A stretch of 64,000 bases of DNA from Planctomycetota bacterium. GTDB taxonomy: Bacteria > Planctomycetota > UBA11346. How positions within the stretch are numbered: the stretch's first letter is position 1; each line of letters begins with the position of its first letter. Location: assembly GCA_038231435.1 (NCBI GenBank), contig JBBRLJ010000022.1, positions 1 to 64,000 on the forward strand, written 5' to 3'. Below the pieces are notes generated by a model that was not told where the DNA came from, searched no databases, and was given only the letters and a program-made list of their open reading frames with translations. Positions 17,985 through 28,288 of this stretch are shown here, piece after piece. A program made the position numbers and the translations under genes.

Positions 17985-18659
17985 ATGGCGACCTCGTTCA
18001 GCGCCTTGCCCAAGAAGCAGCAGTTGTCGATCGTCTACGGCGTGCCCGCCGCGATCGCCGTGCTCATCATCTACCTGACCTGGCGGGATCTCGGCGCTCT
18101 CGGCAAGATCGATAACGACATCGACCCGACCAATCGCCTTCCCTCCCTGCTCCAGCGCAACACCCCGGTCTCGGTGTGGACCGACATCCGTAGCACCCAG
18201 GCGGATATCGACGACAAGCAGAAGATCATCGACCGCGGTCCGGCGGTGAAGGCCAAGCTCCAATCCATCCTTGCCGACATCAAGGCTTACGAGGAGCGTC
18301 TGCCGCGCGAGACCGAGAAGGCCGAGATGCGCGAGCTGATCGAGAAACTCGCTCGCGATATCCCGAAGGACATCGGCACCGTAGAGCTCAAATCCGTGCG
18401 CATCGTCGATGACGCGGGCGAGCGCAATGGCAACATGCGCACCATCACCTTCCAGACCGAACTCACCGGCGATCTCGACGGCATCCTCAAATACATCGAT
18501 CAGCTCGAGAAGAACCAGCGCTTCATGTCCGTCAGCACGCTGTCGATCCGCGGTGGACAGGTCACCGCCGACCTGGTCGCCCACAAGCCGATTTTCGGGC
18601 CCCATTCGGTGCACATGGACATCGTCACCTACGTCTACAACCCCGGAGCGAAGAGGTAA
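17985..18659 (+). CDS. pilO: Type IV pilus PilO-like protein
   Basis: TM, coiled coil, RLPRE.E..E....I, G....I..Y...LE...RF..V. Lies between pilN and the secretin. Confidence 0.75.
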   Translation: MATSFSALPKKQQLSIVYGVPAAIAVLIIYLTWRDLGALGKIDNDIDPTNRLPSLLQRNTPVSVWTDIRSTQADIDDKQKIIDRGPAVKAKLQSILADIKAYEERLPRETEKAEMRELIEKLARDIPKDIGTVELKSVRIVDDAGERNGNMRTITFQTELTGDLDGILKYIDQLEKNQRFMSVSTLSIRGGQVTADLVAHKPIFGPHSVHMDIVTYVYNPGAKR

Positions 18660-18662
18660 GCC

Positions 18663-19394
18663 ATGAGCTCCACCCGCTTCCTGGCGTTGCGTCTCGGCGC
18701 CTGCCTCGCCTTCGCCGCCACTTGTGCAATCGGCGCGGATGCGCCTGTTCCTGCGCCTGCGGTTACCGCCGAGGCTCCGGCCAAGGGCCCTTCGGCCACC
18801 GCATTCCTCGCCGAGGAAGAGAAGTGGAACTTCACACCTCCGGTGGGTCGCCCCGACATCTTCTACGATCGCGAGATGATGCTTTCCGTAGAGCAGCAGA
18901 TCAAAGGCACAATCGTCAAGGATGAGCAGGGGCCCCTGACTCCGGACAAGCCCATCGACGACCCGATCGACCAGGCCAAGGTCGAGATCGCGCGCATCGA
19001 AACCTATATGAGCCAGCGCAAGTGGGAGGAGGCGATCAAGATCGCCGACGCCGCCACCAAGAAGCTCGGCGCCATCACCGGCAACGTCGACCTCACGCGT
19101 TACATTGGCATCATCAAGGGATACCGCGATCAGGCCGACGACGCGCTCGTGCGCGACAAGGCCCAGGCGGCTTTCGATGCCCTCAACCTCAAAGTCGAAG
19201 GCATCATGTGGTCCGAGAACGGATCGCGCCTGGCGCTGATCCACGGCGAGCCCAAGGCGCTGGGAGTCAACGACCGCGTCAAGGACTGCGTGATCATCAA
19301 CATCGATACCGACCGCGTGGATTTCAGGTTTCACTTCAATAGAAAACGCTTCGAGTTCCCGCGCTACGTCGGGGAAGACGCGAAGAGCAAATAG
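18663..19394 (+). CDS. PilP-like / GspB-C-like periplasmic protein
   Basis: Signal peptide, GRPDIF (cf. PilP RDPF), C-terminal L.V.GI.W......ALI.G.....ND.V...I..I..D.V.F. Confidence 0.6.
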   Translation: MSSTRFLALRLGACLAFAATCAIGADAPVPAPAVTAEAPAKGPSATAFLAEEEKWNFTPPVGRPDIFYDREMMLSVEQQIKGTIVKDEQGPLTPDKPIDDPIDQAKVEIARIETYMSQRKWEEAIKIADAATKKLGAITGNVDLTRYIGIIKGYRDQADDALVRDKAQAAFDALNLKVEGIMWSENGSRLALIHGEPKALGVNDRVKDCVIINIDTDRVDFRFHFNRKRFEFPRYVGEDAKSK

Positions 19395-19406
19395 CGAGTA
19401 CGCCCT

Positions 19407-21071
19407 ATGCGCCTCCGTCATCTCGTGATCACCAGCCTCGCCGCCCTGGCCATAGGCGCTCCCGCCGGCCTTCGGGCCGCCGATGCTCCGCCGGCTGAGC
19501 CGACCGCCGCCAACACCCTGACCATCGAGACCAGCGACAAGCCTCTCGACACGGTGTTGCAGTGGATCAGCCGACGCACGGGGGTGAACGTCGTCTGCAA
19601 CGAGCAGGATCAGCCGCGCGTCACCCTGCGCTTGGTGAACGTCACCCTGCAGGAGGCCGTCGAGCAGATCTCCGCCAAATACGACTTGGTGGTCGAGAAG
19701 AAGAGCGACCGCATCTGGGTTCTCACGCGCCCGCCCAAGGTGCGCATGGAATTCCAGGACGCCCGCCTGGTGGTGATCCTCGAAGCCCTGGCCCGCCAGG
19801 CGAACGTCAACATCGTCATCGGTGACGACGTCGATTCCGAGAAGCGCTTGACCATGACCCTCAATGGCGTGCCCTGGAAGGAGGCGCTCGATGTCATCGT
19901 GCGCACCACCGGCTACGCCTGGCTCGAGCAGGACTACCACATCATCCGCGTGGTCACGCCCGACAAGTTGCAGAAGGATCTGGTCACCCGCATCTTCCAC
20001 ATGAATTACACGACTGCGGCCGATGTCGAGAAGGTCGTGACCGCCTCGAAGAGCGCCGACGGCAAGGTCATCATCGATGCGCGCAGCAACAACCTGATCA
20101 TCACCGATACCCTGCCCGCCCTCGATTCGCTGGCCAAGATCATCAGCGTCGTCGACAACCGCACCCGCGAAGTCCTTATCGAGATGAAGTTCGTGGAGTT
20201 TTCCGACTCCGATGCGCAGCGGCTCGGGTTCGACCCGGTGCAGTTGAACTTCGACATCGAGCGCGTTGGCACGATCAGCAGCGCCTTCCGTCCGGGCAGT
20301 TCTGATATCGGCACAGCGGGTGGCTCGCTCGACAGGGCCAACGGGAATGTCCCGACCTCCACAGGCAATCTCAGTGGAGGCTTGGCCTTCGAGGCGATCT
20401 CCAGCCTGAACAGCACCGAGGTCATCCAGGCTCCGCAGCTGCTCACGATCGATAACGCTCCCGCCTCGATCACCATCGGCCGCGAGATCCACTTCGCGGA
20501 AGAGACGGTGTCGAGCGAGAACAACAACGTCATCCGCTCATTGAAAGAGGCCACCTCGAGCCCGATCAAGGACGGTATCACCATCGAGGTGACGCCTCAC
20601 ATCACGACCGATGGATTCGTGCAGATCGTGCTGAAGGCGTCGAACAACGACGCGACCCTGGTGGTGTTCACCAACAAGGTCAACGACAACGATCCGAACG
20701 GTTCGAAGATCAGCCTGCCGACCTTGAGCACCACGACGCTATCGACCAGCATCATGGTGGGCGATGGCCGTACGGGCGTCATCGGCGGCCTGCTCAAGAA
20801 CAAGAATTTCGAGGACGAGCGCAAGGTCCCGATCCTCGGTTCGATCCCGGTGTTCGGCTGGCTGTTCAAGAAGCGCCAGGACACCATCGAGCGTCGCAAC
20901 TTGACCGTCTTCATCACCCCGCACATCGTTCCCCTGAGCGACAAGTCGGAGTACGACGTGCGCAAGCAAGAGCTCCAGGATCGCCTCTCCGGCGTCTCCT
21001 CGAAGCCCAAGCCCGCCGTCGAGGCGAACCCCTCTCCCGCCGCTTCGGCCGGGGCGCTCGGCCAGCCCTGA
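19407..21071 (+). CDS. pilQ: Secretin (PilQ/GspD family) with STN domains
   Basis: L.GVPW.EALD, DARSNNLIITD, AP.L.T.DN.PA.I..G, GI...VTPHIT.DG, KVPILGSIPVFGWLFK, L.VFITPHIV. Confidence 0.92.
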   Translation: MRLRHLVITSLAALAIGAPAGLRAADAPPAEPTAANTLTIETSDKPLDTVLQWISRRTGVNVVCNEQDQPRVTLRLVNVTLQEAVEQISAKYDLVVEKKSDRIWVLTRPPKVRMEFQDARLVVILEALARQANVNIVIGDDVDSEKRLTMTLNGVPWKEALDVIVRTTGYAWLEQDYHIIRVVTPDKLQKDLVTRIFHMNYTTAADVEKVVTASKSADGKVIIDARSNNLIITDTLPALDSLAKIISVVDNRTREVLIEMKFVEFSDSDAQRLGFDPVQLNFDIERVGTISSAFRPGSSDIGTAGGSLDRANGNVPTSTGNLSGGLAFEAISSLNSTEVIQAPQLLTIDNAPASITIGREIHFAEETVSSENNNVIRSLKEATSSPIKDGITIEVTPHITTDGFVQIVLKASNNDATLVVFTNKVNDNDPNGSKISLPTLSTTTLSTSIMVGDGRTGVIGGLLKNKNFEDERKVPILGSIPVFGWLFKKRQDTIERRNLTVFITPHIVPLSDKSEYDVRKQELQDRLSGVSSKPKPAVEANPSPAASAGALGQP

Positions 21072-21325
21072 TCCTGCGGCTTTTGGCAGGCATCGACCAC
21101 CCCCGGGCTACCTCGGGGGTGCGTCGTTTCCGGATCCCGGTTTCCGGCTGATGGCGCTTCTCCCGACTTGCGCGCTCGTGGTCCGGCCGTCCGCCGAGCG
21201 TCGCCTTGTCAATCCTGCCCAATCGGTACGCTGACAGCTCACTACCCGGTCGAGCCTGCCAGCATAGCTGTCCTGTCGGATGGCGCGGCGCCGCTCCCGG
21301 TCACAACTCGGATAATAGAGTACCA

Positions 21326-23206
21326 ATGGGTTCCCACATATTGATGAACGTCCTCGACGAGCAGGAATTGCGCGTCGGGGTCATCCGTGACGGCCGTCTC
21401 GAAGGGCTGATCCACGAGCGCATGGGCGACGGCCAGCACCTCGGCAACATCTACAAGGCGCGCGTCGCCAATGTCGAGCCCAGCCTGGACGCCGCCTTCC
21501 TCGACCTCGGTGCCGGCAAGAACGGCTTCATCCACATCGACGAGATCGTCCACGACAAGGGTCGCGGCAAGCGTATCGAGGACGTGATCCAGGCCGGCCA
21601 GGAGCTCCTGGTGCAGATCACCAAGGAGTCGATCAAGGATAAGGGTCCATGCATGAGCATGTACCTGAGCATTCCGGGTCGCTACCTGGTGATGATGCAT
21701 TCCGAGGCCGCCAAGGGCGTCTCGAAACGCATCGAGGATCCAGCGGTGCGCAAGCGCCTGAAAAACATCCTCGCCACCTGCGAGGCGCCTGCCGGTTTCG
21801 GGTTCATCGTTCGCACCGCCGCCGCCGACCGCACCGAGGACGAGATCAAGCTCGACTACGAGTTCCTCAAGCGCCTATGGACCGAGATCGAATCCCTTTC
21901 GGGCCGCGTCCGTGCTCCGTCGTGCCTCTACCAAGAGGCCGATGTCGTGGTGCGTACCCTGCGCGACACCGCCAGCGCCGACGTACAATCCATCGTCATC
22001 GACCAGGAGAAGCTGTACGACGAGGCGCGGGCCTTCGCGCAGGTGTTCATGCCCGAGCTCTGCAACCGCATCCAGCTCCACCGGGACGAGCTCCCGCTAT
22101 TCACGTTCTACGGCCTCGAGGAACGTCTCGCGCGCATCTACGACCGCAAGGTGCAGATGCCGTCGGGCGGAACCATTGTCATCGAGCAGACCGAGGCTCT
22201 GGTATCGATCGACGTCAACAGCGCGCGGAACCGTGATTCCAGCGATGTCGAGACCACCGCGCTGATGACCAACCTGGAAGCGGTCGCGACCATTGCTGAG
22301 CAGCTGGTGCTGCGCGATCTCGGCGGCCTGATCATCATCGATTTCATCGACATGGAGAATCGCGAGAACCAGCGCCTGGTCCAGCTGGCCATGCGCCGGG
22401 CCCTGTCGGTGGACAAGGCCAAGATCCAGCTCTCGCCGATGTCGCGCTTCGGCCTGGTCGAGATGACCCGCCAGCGTACGCGTCCCAGCCACAAGCTGGT
22501 GGCGTCGTCCGAATGCCCCTACTGCGCCGGCACCGGATCGGTGAAGACCTCCGAGACGCTCGAGATCGACTGCATGCGCGAGATCCGACAGATGCTCCAT
22601 TCCAAGAGCCTGTCCAAGCTCGAGGTGGTGGTGGCCCAGGATTTGGCGCTGTCGATCCTCAATGCCCGGCACCGCGAGCTCAGCGAGCTCGAGGAGCGCA
22701 CCGACTGCCGCATCGTCTTCACCGGCGACAGCCAGATGAAGGCGCGCGAATTCCGCCTCGTCCCGTCGTTCCGTAAGGGCGAGCGGCGCGAACGCGCCAG
22801 TCGCTCCGAGCCGGTGCGGCCGAGCTTGCTCGCGCCGCTGATGGTCGAGCAGGCCAAGGCTATCGCCTTGGCGAAGGAGCTCGCGGCGATGAAGCCAGCC
22901 GATCTGGAACGCGAGCTCGATGCGGATCCCGTGCACGTCACTCTGCAGCCACCCGCTCCGGCGCCTGTGGCCATGCCGGCGGCGGTCGAACGCCGGGCCG
23001 CGACGGTCTGGGAGGAAGCGGCTGTCCTGCGCCGGCTGCTGTTCAGCGCGAACCTCCCGGTGACGGTGGTCACCACCGCTCCTGCTGGCCTCGGGTCCTC
23101 CTCCAACGGCTCGCATGGGGCCAATGGATCACGTCCTGACCTTGCGCATCATCGTTCCGCTGCTAGAGTTCCGCCCCGCCATGGCAGGGGCCGGCGTCGC
23201 CGCTGA
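21326..23206 (+). CDS. rne: Ribonuclease E/G family protein
   Basis: GNIYKARV..VEPSLDAAF.D.G..KNGF, IDVNSAR, TNLEA, LRDLGGLIIIDFIDM, CPYC.G.G zinc link, short disordered tail. Confidence 0.93.
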   Translation: MGSHILMNVLDEQELRVGVIRDGRLEGLIHERMGDGQHLGNIYKARVANVEPSLDAAFLDLGAGKNGFIHIDEIVHDKGRGKRIEDVIQAGQELLVQITKESIKDKGPCMSMYLSIPGRYLVMMHSEAAKGVSKRIEDPAVRKRLKNILATCEAPAGFGFIVRTAAADRTEDEIKLDYEFLKRLWTEIESLSGRVRAPSCLYQEADVVVRTLRDTASADVQSIVIDQEKLYDEARAFAQVFMPELCNRIQLHRDELPLFTFYGLEERLARIYDRKVQMPSGGTIVIEQTEALVSIDVNSARNRDSSDVETTALMTNLEAVATIAEQLVLRDLGGLIIIDFIDMENRENQRLVQLAMRRALSVDKAKIQLSPMSRFGLVEMTRQRTRPSHKLVASSECPYCAGTGSVKTSETLEIDCMREIRQMLHSKSLSKLEVVVAQDLALSILNARHRELSELEERTDCRIVFTGDSQMKAREFRLVPSFRKGERRERASRSEPVRPSLLAPLMVEQAKAIALAKELAAMKPADLERELDADPVHVTLQPPAPAPVAMPAAVERRAATVWEEAAVLRRLLFSANLPVTVVTTAPAGLGSSSNGSHGANGSRPDLAHHRSAARVPPRHGRGRRRR

Positions 23207-23280
23207 CCCCATGCCTGCCGGAAACGCTCTTGGGTCCGCTCCGAACACTTTGTAAAATCTTGCTATAAAGCGACTTAGCC

Positions 23281-23592
23281 ATGTACGCCGTGATCCAGGA
23301 CCGCAATCGCCAGTACCGCGCCTCAGCGGGCGACAAGCTCACCCTCGACCTCTCCGAGCACGAGGTCGGCGCCACCATCGAGATGCCGGTGCTGCTGCTG
23401 GCCGATGGCGCTTCGGTCAAGATCGGCGCTCCGTTCGTGGCCGGGGCCAAGGCCATCTGCAGGGTCATCAAGCACGAACGCGGCGACAAGATCACCGTCG
23501 GCAAGTTCAAGCGCCGCAAGCATATGACGAACCGCCGCAAGGGCTTCAGAGCCGAACAGACGCATGTCGAGGTGGTTTCGATCAGCGCCTGA
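23281..23592 (+). CDS. rplU: 50S ribosomal protein L21
   Basis: MYAVI....RQY....GD, GAPFV.GA, RGDKI.V.KFKRRK, G.R...T. Confidence 0.95.
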   Translation: MYAVIQDRNRQYRASAGDKLTLDLSEHEVGATIEMPVLLLADGASVKIGAPFVAGAKAICRVIKHERGDKITVGKFKRRKHMTNRRKGFRAEQTHVEVVSISA

Positions 23593-23825
23593 CCTGAGAT
23601 GTCGAGATCCGCGTGAGCGGAAAGCGACGGAAAGCTGCGCAATGCTGCGCAATGCTGCGCATGACTGACCAGATGAGAGCGCTCGGTGGTGCACCCACCC
23701 CGTCTCCGATGTCGACTACGGAATCTGGAATGACGCCACATCCACCCACGATGTGGCGGACTTGTTTTTGGATGCGGCCCGGCCGCCCGACCTCCGCATC
23801 TCGGCGCCACGCGCCAGGAGCCCCC

Positions 23826-25487
23826 ATGCTTACCTGCCGTCTCGCACTCATGTCGTTCGCCCTCCTGCTCGTAGGCGCTGTCCGGTGTCACGCGTTGCAG
23901 GTCGAGAACATGACCCTGGTCTCACCCATTACGAACCAGCCGTTCGAGACCGTGGGCGTCCCCATCGAGCAGCTCGCGGGCGACGCGCTCGCAGACATGG
24001 GCTACGACGACGACGGCTGCAGGCACACCTCCGGGCTCAGCGAGTACGGCTACTACGTCGCCTCCTGCCCGTTCTCGTACTTCTCGGCGCTGACTGCCGA
24101 GTGGGACAAGAACGGCCGCTTCGCGGGCACGCTGCCGCCGGACATGAAGCAGTGGGTGGATAAGCAGTTCAACAGCGACTGGCAGATAGACGTCAACCAC
24201 GCCTTCCAGCTGGCGAACCAGAATGCGCGCGCCCAGGGCCAGCCGTCGCCCGAGCGCAAGGATTTCATCATGTCGCAGCAGTCGATACCGCTCGAGAAGC
24301 GCTATCGCTACGCGTTGATGTGCTACGAGAAGCGCGGCGCGCGCCCCGCCGCGATGGCCAAGACCGCGCTGATGGGCGCCTGGGCTCTGCGCACCTTCCT
24401 GAACGTGCCGATCGGCCATCAGCTGCTCGACGGCGGCTATGAGGAGGTGAACGACAAGGTGGTGCGGCAGATCAAGGATGGCGAGGCCTTCCAGCTCGCC
24501 AAATGGCTGCCCATCTACCGTAAGATCTACGAGGATGGCGGCCTGACCAACGAAGGCACGCTGGTCGCCGGCCTCGCGTATTTCGGGCTCGCGTTGCGCG
24601 ATGGGGATCTGCCCGCCACCCGCGGGGTGCTCGACAAGCTCAGCGAGAAGTTCCAGAACATGGGCGAGAACAAGAGCAAGGCGCTGCTGCAGGGCCTGGT
24701 GCGCGAGCGCAAACGCATGCTCGATGAGTATCTGAAGTTCATGAACATCGCGACCGACAATTTCATCATCGCCATCCAGGACGAGGAATTCACCCGCGAT
24801 GATCTGGTGAACAAGATGCTGGTGGTTGCCGAGGGGCTGCGCCGGACCGGACGCGAGCCGCTTGCGATGGATTGGTATCTGGCGTTGGCGCAGATGATCG
24901 AGACCCAGCCGAAGCTGCGCGAAGAGATCCGCCAGCAGAACAAGGCTCCCTCGAGCGACACCACCGCCGCGGTGCAGATCGGCTGGATGGCTGATCAGCG
25001 CATCGCGTCGCTGACCAAGGCGGGCATTGTCCATCCCGGCCAGATCGCCGGCATGCACAAGGCCCTGTTGAACGCGATCCTCTTCGACGGCCTGGGCAAA
25101 CCCGACTACGTGAATCCGAACTGGAAACCCGATACCAAGGGCAATCAGCAGGACTGCGTGTTCATGCTCGACATGATCGGCAAATCGGTGCTCGACTTCA
25201 ATTTCCGCCTCGGCGCCTGGCCGTCGACCCTGGGCGAAGTGTGGGAGCGCAACATCCTGCGCGACCGCAATCGCGTGAACCGCTTCTACGATCCGGTCAA
25301 AGGCCAGCCGATCCTCTACACGGCGCCGGGCGTCGACATCGAGAAGCTGTCGAAATACACCATCATCGTCGCGACCGCCGAGCCCATCCCCAGCAACCAG
25401 GGCGACGTCTACTTCGCGTTCCTCGCGAACATGAAGATCGAATGGGCGTCGCATCCCCTCAAGCCCGGCGAACAGTTCGTCAAGTGA
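23826..25487 (+). CDS. Exported DUF2225-like protein with a pseudopilin-like C-terminal domain
   Basis: aggag RBS, signal peptide, P.T..PF...D.D......Y.V..CP, RY..A..CYE..A...A...L..AW..R, E..RR.G...A..WY. C-terminal IG....F....G.WP.TL.E..DP..GQP..Y. Confidence 0.6.
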   Translation: MLTCRLALMSFALLLVGAVRCHALQVENMTLVSPITNQPFETVGVPIEQLAGDALADMGYDDDGCRHTSGLSEYGYYVASCPFSYFSALTAEWDKNGRFAGTLPPDMKQWVDKQFNSDWQIDVNHAFQLANQNARAQGQPSPERKDFIMSQQSIPLEKRYRYALMCYEKRGARPAAMAKTALMGAWALRTFLNVPIGHQLLDGGYEEVNDKVVRQIKDGEAFQLAKWLPIYRKIYEDGGLTNEGTLVAGLAYFGLALRDGDLPATRGVLDKLSEKFQNMGENKSKALLQGLVRERKRMLDEYLKFMNIATDNFIIAIQDEEFTRDDLVNKMLVVAEGLRRTGREPLAMDWYLALAQMIETQPKLREEIRQQNKAPSSDTTAAVQIGWMADQRIASLTKAGIVHPGQIAGMHKALLNAILFDGLGKPDYVNPNWKPDTKGNQQDCVFMLDMIGKSVLDFNFRLGAWPSTLGEVWERNILRDRNRVNRFYDPVKGQPILYTAPGVDIEKLSKYTIIVATAEPIPSNQGDVYFAFLANMKIEWASHPLKPGEQFVK

Positions 25488-25544
25488 CCCGGCCGGCCCG
25501 CACGCGTATGACGGCGCCCGCGGCTCGGCCGCCCGAGAATCCGC

Positions 25545-26507
25545 ATGCCGCGGCTCGCTGACGTCATCGGCCAGCCCGGACTGGTGACGCTGCTGGCGCG
25601 ACTGATCGCAGCGGGCCGCCTGCCGCACGCGGTGATGCTCGAGGGCATCCCCGGCTGCGGGCGCCGCACGCTCGCTCGTGCCACCGCTCAGGCGCTGCTC
25701 TGTCCGCAGGCGGCTGGCGGAGACGCCTGCGGAGCCTGCGCGTCCTGTCGCATGACCGCCGAAGGGACCCATCCGGATCTGGTTGCAGTGGCGCACGACA
25801 GCGAGTCCGACGATCTGTCGGTGGACAGCCTGCGTGACGACGTGGTCGCCCGCGCCCATGAGAGCGCGCTGATCGGAGAGCGCCGCGCCTTCCTCCTCTA
25901 CGGTGTCGAGCGGCTCAGGGACGCGTCGGCCAACGTCATGCTCAAGGTCCTCGAGGAGCCTCCGGCCGGTGCGTATTTCATCATGACCACCGCGCAGTCG
26001 TCGGCAGTCCTCAAGACCATCCGCTCGCGCGCGCAGACCTACCGGCTGCATCCGCTCGCCGCCGAGGACCTCGGCAGGATCCTCTCGCAGGGGGGCATCC
26101 CGTCGGAGCAGGCGGCCGCTCGGGCGATGCGCTCAGCCGGAAGCCACCGTGGCCTGTGGGAGGATCTCGAAAGCGTGCCTCTGGCCGATCTGCGCAGCCT
26201 GTGCCTCGAGGGGCACCGCTCCGAGACCGTTGCTCGGGTGATGGCGAGCCTGCCGGCAAAGCTCACTCCGGAGCAGGAGGAAGCCGGCCGCACGCTCTCC
26301 TCCGAACAGCGCCGTGCGGTGCGCCAGTGGCTGACCGCGCTCTCGCACGACCTGCAGCGCGATCTGCGGGCACGACCGAGCGCTGAACTCGCCGATCGCA
26401 TCGAAGGCCTGTCGAGGCTCCATCGCGACCTCGACCGCAACCTCGCGCCCCGCCTGGTCATCGAGGCGCTGGCCCTCGATCAGGAGCGGCGTGGACGCTC
26501 GGCCTAG
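25545..26507 (+). CDS. holB: DNA polymerase III subunit delta'
   Basis: GRLPHA..L.G..G.G, ACGACASCR....HPD, AN..LK.LEEPP, L.TIRSR. Confidence 0.9.
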   Translation: MPRLADVIGQPGLVTLLARLIAAGRLPHAVMLEGIPGCGRRTLARATAQALLCPQAAGGDACGACASCRMTAEGTHPDLVAVAHDSESDDLSVDSLRDDVVARAHESALIGERRAFLLYGVERLRDASANVMLKVLEEPPAGAYFIMTTAQSSAVLKTIRSRAQTYRLHPLAAEDLGRILSQGGIPSEQAAARAMRSAGSHRGLWEDLESVPLADLRSLCLEGHRSETVARVMASLPAKLTPEQEEAGRTLSSEQRRAVRQWLTALSHDLQRDLRARPSAELADRIEGLSRLHRDLDRNLAPRLVIEALALDQERRGRSA

Positions 26508-26720
26508 TCACCACCGCTCATCGCCGTCCTGTGTCAGCGAGCTCCCGAACGCGCACCAGCGTTTGAATCGCTCGCTCCCAGGAGTCCGCGGCTAGCACCA
26601 ATTGGTTGGGTTGGCGCGATTTGTCTCGTCGTAAGTCCCTTGTACGACCGGGAAAATGCCGATGCCACGATTGCAAATCGACCCCCATCTGGTTGAATGG
26701 GCGCCCCCTGGAGCGCCTTT

Positions 26721-27530
26721 ATGGGTCGCGATGCTTTGCTCGACATGTATCTGAAGGATGTATCGGTGTTCCCGGTACTGACCCGCGAACAGGAGTGCGC
26801 GCTCGCCCGTCGCCTGCGTGGTGGCGACCAGTCGGCCCGCCAGGAGCTCATCCAGTGCAACCTGCGCCTCGTGCTCAGCGTCGCACGCCAATACGACAAC
26901 CAGGGCATGCCGATCCTCGATGTGATCGAGGAAGGCAACATCGGATTGATGCGTGCCGTCGAGCGCTTCAACCCGGATATGGAATGCCGCTTCTCGACCT
27001 ACGCCGTCCACTGGATCAAGCAGGCGATCCGCCGCGCGCTGCTCGAGAAGGTGAAGAACATCCGCGTGCCCGCCTACATGGCCGAGCTCGTCGCGCGCTG
27101 GAAGAAATTTTCGCGCGATAATCCCAACGTCACCGACATCGCCGAGATCGTGCGCGTGTTGAAATTGCCGAAGGAGAACGTCAAACTCATCCAGCGCATC
27201 ATGCGCACCAGCCTCATCAATGCCTCGAATCTCGACACCCAGGAAGTGGGCGATCTCAGCTCCTTCTTCGAGGACGACCATGTAGGCACGGATCCCGAAG
27301 CCGTACTCGGCAACATCGAGGACGTCTCGTTCCTGCAGGGCCGGCTCAGCCAGCTCCCTGAACGCGAGGCCGATGTGCTGCGCTACCGCTACGGCATGGA
27401 TGATTTCCCGATGATGACGCTCGAGGAGATCGGCAAGGTGTTCAGCCTGACGCGCGAACGCGTGCGCCAGATCGAGGCCAAGGCGATCAAGCGGCTGCGC
27501 GAGCTGATTCCCTCGGAGAACGTGCTCTAG
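26721..27530 (+). CDS. RpoD/RpoS-like sigma-70 factor (no region 1.1)
   Basis: YLKD....VLTREQE, NLRLV.SVA, D.IEEGNIGLMRAVERF.P, FSTYA..WI.QAI, TLEEIG..F.LTRERVRQIE. Confidence 0.93.
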   Translation: MGRDALLDMYLKDVSVFPVLTREQECALARRLRGGDQSARQELIQCNLRLVLSVARQYDNQGMPILDVIEEGNIGLMRAVERFNPDMECRFSTYAVHWIKQAIRRALLEKVKNIRVPAYMAELVARWKKFSRDNPNVTDIAEIVRVLKLPKENVKLIQRIMRTSLINASNLDTQEVGDLSSFFEDDHVGTDPEAVLGNIEDVSFLQGRLSQLPEREADVLRYRYGMDDFPMMTLEEIGKVFSLTRERVRQIEAKAIKRLRELIPSENVL

Positions 27531-27644
27531 CTTGGGGCGCTCCCAGTTGGGGGACTGCGGCCTTCGGCCGGCGGATGCCCCAAAGGGCATCCGAAAATCG
27601 CTTGGCGATTTCCCCCAACATCGCGCTCCGCGCTGCCCCCCAAG
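27531..27644 (+). repeat. Structured intergenic repeat, copy A (full, multi-branched)
   Basis: Outer stem GTTGGGGGA/TCCCCCAAC enclosing three hairpins. Similar to copies at 28419-28480 (inverted) and 46234-46360. Confidence 0.8.
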
Positions 27645-27703
27645 AGCCAGGGAACATGGGATTAGCACAGCGGCGGAGACGCGCTGAGCTCGTGTCTTCG
27701 AAT

Positions 27704-28288
27704 TTATTTGAACGATTTCTCGAGTTCGGCGGTGATGCGCTTCGAGGTGTCCATGCCGTCGAGGCCTTGTTCGGCGAGGGCGGCTTGGGCTTTGCCGTCG
27801 ATCGAGTCGCTGAGCTTCTGGCCACGTTCGACGACCAGCCAGACGTAGACGTCATTGGTCGCGGAGTCGGTGTAGACGGCGCGGCGGCGTGAACCCTTGA
27901 GCACTTCCTTGGTCACCTGGTTGCTGACGTTCTCGCTGAGCTGCTTCGCGGCCTCGCTGCCGTCGATCGTGTCGTCGCGCCGCTTCCAATCGCTGTTGGC
28001 GGTGAACGCGGTCTTGTACGCGGCTTCGATGGTGGTCGACATGGTGCGCGCGAGCTCGGTGCGCGCGGCCGCGGTGGCCTGGTCGAGGGCCTGCTGCGCG
28101 CCACCGAGGCTGCGCGAGGCGCTGCCGACAGCGCCAAACTGGCCGTCGACGAACGGATCGGCGATCCAATCCGGCCGAGCCTGGGCGGCGCCGACCTGGC
28201 GCTCCCCCGAACCACATCCCCCGAGCACCGCTACCACGGCGACCGCGAGTGCACAGAACACGAGACCCCGGCTTGCATGTACGCGCAT
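27704..28288 (-). CDS. LPP20-family lipoprotein
   Basis: aggag RBS, lipobox LGG-C, RPDWI..P......AVGSA....A...AR.ELAR, VY......VYV. Confidence 0.85.
   Translation of the reverse strand: MRVHASRGLVFCALAVAVVAVLGGCGSGERQVGAAQARPDWIADPFVDGQFGAVGSASRSLGGAQQALDQATAAARTELARTMSTTIEAAYKTAFTANSDWKRRDDTIDGSEAAKQLSENVSNQVTKEVLKGSRRRAVYTDSATNDVYVWLVVERGQKLSDSIDGKAQAALAEQGLDGMDTSKRITAELEKSFK

Noticed and set aside
17886..20492. 868-aa minus-strand ORF
   Set aside because: Antisense shadow of pilO/P/Q, an artefact of GC3 bias with no recognisable motifs.
26611..26626. Sigma-54 promoter-like TTGGCGCG upstream of the sigma gene
   Set aside because: No TTGC at the required -12 spacing.
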